Assembly (NCBI GenBank): GCA_012295275.1 | Contig: CM022679.1 | Location: forward strand, 19,096,001-19,160,000 | Reading direction: 5' to 3' | DNA length: 64,000 nt | Source of the DNA: Chrysomallon squamiferum | Taxonomy: Eukaryota; Animalia; Mollusca | Shown here: positions 58,301 to 64,000 of the stretch, one piece after another | Layout of the letters: the number at the start of each line of letters is the position of its first letter | How positions within the stretch are numbered: the first letter of the stretch is position 1 | Notes under the pieces: model-generated | The model's input: only the letters and a program-made list of their open reading frames with translations | Told to the model about the DNA's origin: nothing | The model's database searches: none | Translations under genes and position numbers: made by a program

Positions 58301-59780
58301 AAAGTTAAGCAACAAGAATTAAAATAAATGAAGACAATGTTAAAATAGTTTTATGGAATAAGAAATTAGTTTGGTTCATATTTTTATAGATATAATCAGA
58401 TTCACCACTGCAAAAAAATAGTTTAGCTATGAAATAGCTTTAATTATCTCAAAAACAATGTTTTTTCGGTTAGACTATCTAGTTATAATATCATGCCAGT
58501 ATTTATAATGATTTCCCGATAAATATATAAATATACTGTGCCACGGAAAACGGACAGGAAATAATAAAACATATATTTTGGTACATTAATGTAGTATAAT
58601 TATTCCTTGTTTTATTTTTTTTATTTTTTTTTATTTATTTTTTTTCACTGACAACAAACAGAATTTCGTTCGGTTAGGGAAAAAGTAAGTAATTCTAACA
58701 CTGATGTAAAAGTACATAACTTTAAGAAGTAACAGAAATTTCAGTTTTTTCAGTTTGTGTTTATTTTCATTTAAAAAATATAACAGTGAATGACCCTTAA
58801 TATACTGAATTCGTTTGTGATAGAATCTGGCTCATAAAAGAAGAAAACAGTTCAGCTGTTTATATTACTGGTTATTTGATCTTTATGCGAGTATTATTCA
58901 GTATTTAACAATATTCCGGTAGGTGGTAAATACGGCCAGTGTAACTTATTTATATATAATATTTAAAAACCGGAATAGCTGCATAATCAAAGTATATAAA
59001 AGCATAATCTTGGTGTCAGAATGAATTGTCATCTACGTATTGTTCCTTTGATTATGGAAATGCTAGAGAGATTAAACGTCGCTTTGACAGATACTTTCAC
59101 TCAACGGAACGCTGACCAGAATCTATGTTTTCCCTATTTGAAAGTAGACTGTCCACGCGTCAGTGGAATATTGGATGAGATAAGATGTGCATAGCGGATG
59201 ACCATAATATTAAGACCCCAGACTTTCGCTTTAGGCCTGTCAACAAATTGGAAAAATGTGTTGTTTCTGAAGCTGCCTCTGGTTCTACATTTGGCAATAA
59301 GTGGTACAAATCTTTGCTAGAAATAATTAAGCTTATTTCGTTACCGGTCAGTGAACTTTGTGTCATTTATCGTTGAAAGTGACTCGTTTAATAGCAGACC
59401 CAGTTACAACAAGAGACAAAGTGTACTAAACATTTGTTTTCCATTTTCTTTATTGTGTACTGCTTATGGCAAACATTGCAAAAAGGTTAATGAGAATTAG
59501 TTGGAGAATAGCTACAAGGTTTAGTATTAAAAATCTCACCACAGAGTCAGTGTTGACATTTCAAAGTAAAATTAGAACATCCACAGTCGATTCGTATTAT
59601 TTTACCTTCAGTTATATAAACAGAAATATGAATTACTTTTATTTTCATTACAAACCTATTAATTGTTAATATCTTTTCTAATCAAAATTTCTTCCTTCAT
59701 TCGTTTATTTTCATTATTATTATTATCATCATCACCATCCTATTCATAATCATCAGCAGCATCAATATCATCATCATCAT

Positions 59781-59781
59781 A

Positions 59782-59841
<60 letters not shown>
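59781..59841. repeat. (ATT)n microsatellite, representative of many such tracts (e.g. ~2643, 18000, 21718, 37607, 40298, 47028, 52570)
   Basis: Direct reading. Confidence 0.95.
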
Positions 59842-59843
<2 letters not shown>

Positions 59844-62800
59844 AGTTAAAAACGAAGGGGAAAAAAAGAAAAGAAAGACAATACAAATATAATTGTTTCC
59901 ATTCTCTTTTCTATGACAATTCGCTTCATACAGAAATTATACATAATTATATTTAGTCGTCTTCTTAAAACTTATGAAATAACAGAATTTCTGAAGATTG
60001 TCAAAGTAATCTGCTCTGTCTGTGCGGTGACGTCGTTAGTTAAAAAGTATTAACCTAAGAAGAAAACAGCATATTAATGTCAGAGGTTCTTATCTGGGAA
60101 TCTAGACATGCTAGCTGTCCCGGTTTATAACATACGTTAGAAAACGAGTTGAAAAAGCTTATGTCAGTTTTTACTTTATTTCGTAATGTTGGATAAAATC
60201 ATTTTATGTGGCAGATTACAATACGTTATAAATGATTATTAAATGCATCGGTTTGTTTTGTTGCTAATTTGTATTATTATCTGCATGCCGAAGTAAAATT
60301 TGAAATAAAGACTTTCTGAAAAATAACTTAGTACCTGTTTTATTCTTTTTATTCAAAAATTTTGCTTCTATATAATTGTTTCCTTCATATTTCTGATATC
60401 AGTCGATATTTGTTACAACATTTCTTTGTTAAAATACATCAGTTTTGACATTACATTCAGCGGATCTGACATCTCTAATCAACATACCACAAAATGTGGA
60501 AAGTTACATCCTGATTAGTATTTCGATGTTCATTTAATTCATGCATTTGTAACCAGCGGTTACTTCTTTTTTTATAAAACAGGTTGTTACCGATATTCAT
60601 TGTATGGAGAATATCATCTTTCTGAAATAAAGCGTGTTACTTTCTATTTCTAAATATACTAAGTCCAAACCATTAACAATTTCCTCCAGTGAATGCTTAT
60701 AATTATTATTTTCACTAAATAGGGAGATTCTCTTTCTTAATGATCATTATCTAAGTTTATCAAGCAACGAAACAAAACAAAACAAAAACATTATTTTATA
60801 TAAAATTAAAAATAAGTTTTTTATATCAACTTCAAACTGGACTTAATGGCATTTTTGCCACGCACCTTGACTGGTTTAAAATCAGGAATGAAACTTTGGC
60901 ATATTTCAGCACTTGATTCATCTGTGAAGCTGTGTGGAGAAAATAGGGGTTATGAAATGTAAACGCTTAGCGTATTAAGCACTTTTCCTAACAAAAAAAT
61001 TCAAGTGGCATTACTAGATCGATATCTGGACTTCACTGTTAATATTAATACAATTTTTTTTTTTTTTACGTCGAGCTGAGAAGTAAAGCGAGAGCATGAT
61101 TCCTTTTCATGATATTTCAGATAACTGGGAGGAAATTGTATTCTGATGATTTGAACAAGTAATATTATGTCATCAAAATGTTATTTTGTGCTATAAATTA
61201 TTAAATACGAAAATGCCTAATTTTAAATTATTGTTTTCATTTTTATTATTATTAGTTTTTGGAGTATATATGTTTGTGTGTGTAATATTTTTTTTTTCTT
61301 TAGCTTTTCCTTTCTAAGGAAAAAATGCCAATATTCTATTATATTACTATTATAAACCTAGAGATTGTGTCACGTGGTATAGATTTGAAAGGTTAGAATT
61401 TGGTTCATGATTAAGACTGATACTGGACATAAAGTTACATATTTTAATTCAGCAGTTCTATATTGTAAAATTAATAAAAACTTAATTTCTTATGTAGTCT
61501 CCAAATATTTCAAAACCTTTTAAACATTCTGAAGCTCTGCGTAGGAATAAAATCTCGATATGAAACTGTGTAAAAACTAGAACTGATTTTAGATAAGCTT
61601 CGTATTTGATTACAGATCTATATTTAATTCTGTTAAGCTAATTATGATTAATTATCTCGTTTTCATTGCACTAGATGAATATTAGCCTTCTTTATGTATC
61701 ACATAATATGTTTTGCACACATATTATTGTAAATTATCCGTTTATTTTTCATCAGCTTTAAAATCAGTTTTTAAATGAGTTTTATATTTTGACATCACTG
61801 TGTCCTGACATTTATCAAATGAAGATAAAATGCTTTTTGGTTGTCTTCACTTAAATCAACTAGTAATGGAATGCCAGTGGTCATAATCGCTTGCAAGTCG
61901 GACCGCAGCTTCTATATCACAGTGACAACGTGCTGGAACAGTAACCGCCACCTCGATACAAGTTCAGTTATATCCGTTAAATCAAGCTGCAGACACTTTC
62001 ATGGCACTGATGATGAATTGAACAGAGAATGGCGTGTAAATTACTGACGAGAGAAGTATTCTGGATTTCAAATTAGAACCTCGTCCAAGCTGTGAATTGT
62101 CACATGTCATCCTTAAAATCAATCAAAACTAAATGTATGAAGGAACTACAGCAGTGTGAATATTTTATTGAAATTATTATTATTATTATTTTTTTAAATC
62201 AAAAAATATTTTAATAGATAAATACTATGTTATAGAGAAGTACAAAAATTCATTTGGGAAAGGCAGGCAGTCAAGCTGACAGAAATAGAATTTAATCAGT
62301 TTGATGTGTGTGATACTAATTTTGCATAGAAATTCCATATATTTTTTTTCTGAATTATTGAAACAATCAATATTCCGAAGTCTAAAAAGGTGACATAATT
62401 AAATGGCTTATGTTCAGTCAGTACAAACCAAAATTACAAATTATAAGTTGATTCTTTAAATTATTTTTGCAATTATTCCAGACCATTGTAATATAACAAT
62501 GAATGTCATATTTATAAATTATTAACAGGTTAGATTAACATTAACATAGCACCTGAAATGTTGTTTAATCAAATGTTTTCTGTCATTTGTTAATTATAAC
62601 ATAATAACAGTATTATGATGATACTACCAATGATGCTTTTTACATAAAGAACCGCGTAAACATTCGTATTCGATAATTGAAAGGGATATCATAGTTCATA
62701 AATTTGCAATAATATTGAGGTCATTTCAAATAATGTTTGAATGAAAGAGACTTTACAACATAAAGGACTGATGGAGAGGTGAGACAAATACACAAAAAGA

Positions 62801-64000
62801 TAAATGAAGGTGTTGTGATTGATGACTGTGATATCAAGCAGATCGCTGTTATGTTTACTTCATATTAGCCTTTATCTTTTTATCAAATTTGAATAAGAAT
62901 CTTTTTTATTAGCTTTAGATAACCAGTCATGAAAAGATGTATAAAAAACGGTTTTGTTTATAAAAGTAGCTATTGTATTAGGCATTTGCCTACATAGCTG
63001 TGATTAATGGGTTTTTTATTATTCAGGGGTTACTAAGAATTGTGCTTAACGTCAAAGTGAAATAATCCACACTTATTAAAGAGGTTAAGGCGATTGGCTG
63101 AGGCTTGCGTTCGATACAGATTCTTCTTCATTCAATTATCCCACAGCTCAGATACATTCATATATTTCCATAGTCTACTTTTACTGTAGTGTATAGATAC
63201 ATTTTTATGGGATTTAAGAAATTGTTTTGTTTAATGTTAGTAAAACTAAGAATATGTTTACCACGATAAATGTTCAGATTTTTCTATGTAAGTAGATTCG
63301 TGCCTCTAATATAAATAATGTTTTGTAGTTATTTGATAGCTGGTGGTTTCATGATATATATTACTGCTAGACAGTACGGGTTTATTTCCTATTCAAGCAA
63401 GCATCACCTAGATGTTGTTACAGTGTTCGAAAAGATTATAATATTATTGTCGAAACGTAATTAAATTAGCATTCAAATTTGTTAATATCTGATAATACAT
63501 ATCTTTCTTAAAAGTAACAGTGTACTGAATATACAAATTCTGACTGCTGTTTCAGTTATAGTTTTTTGGTGGTAGTTTTAATGGTCGTAATGTTGTTTCT
63601 GTTTTTCTAATTGAAAATCCTTTTACATTTAGTCCTATTTATTTTTGATACAGGAAATGTCAAACGAATATTTTTGATATTTATAATCCAGTAAGTGATT
63701 AAAAAAAAGAAAACAAAACTTTTCAAAATTAGATACACAGACAATTTGTTAGGTTATCATTAATCAAATTCGCAGATGGGTCCACTCATAACATCAATCC
63801 TATAAAAAAAATCATATTCAGTTATTATATAGAAGGTACAGAAGCCGGACAATATTTTCGCATTAATAACTGACATCAAAAATACAAATCAGTTCATAAA
63901 TGGTTAATCAGGGAAGTTGCGTTTAACGGAAGAAGAATGACTGCCACGTGGTCTCTCAGTTGCACATATTTTGTTGGCCGCAATCACGTTATTGAGTACA

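Noticed and set aside
53200-64000. Short ORFs upstream of the GPCR (53871, 59160, 59185, 61841 and others)
   Set aside because: No motifs or consistent exon chain; treated as intergenic or 5' regulatory DNA.

Overview
AT-rich, microsatellite-dense eukaryotic (animal) genomic DNA. The composition and gene families suggest an invertebrate such as a mollusc, possibly a cephalopod; this is inference only. Two intron-containing genes on the minus strand were reconstructed by hand from splice sites and reading-frame phase. (1) A PCDH15/Cad99C/CDHR5-type cadherin: ATG at 15587, 10 exons down to 796, 338 codons (signal peptide plus EC1-EC3), continuing off the left edge. (2) A complete 3-exon, 355-aa class A neuropeptide GPCR of the SIFamide/NPFF-receptor type (52979..34808). 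Introns and intergenic DNA hold a ~700-bp Tigger/pogo-like MITE, two minisatellites, a diverged local duplication, three long hairpins and many microsatellites. Most ORFs in the supplied track are microsatellite or random artefacts. I found no CRISPR array, operon or other prokaryote-style system, and no convincing wholly new biological system. The best leads are the D2.50N substitution in the GPCR, a probable GC-AG intron (or 7-nt microexon) in the cadherin, and sense-strand intronic hairpins.
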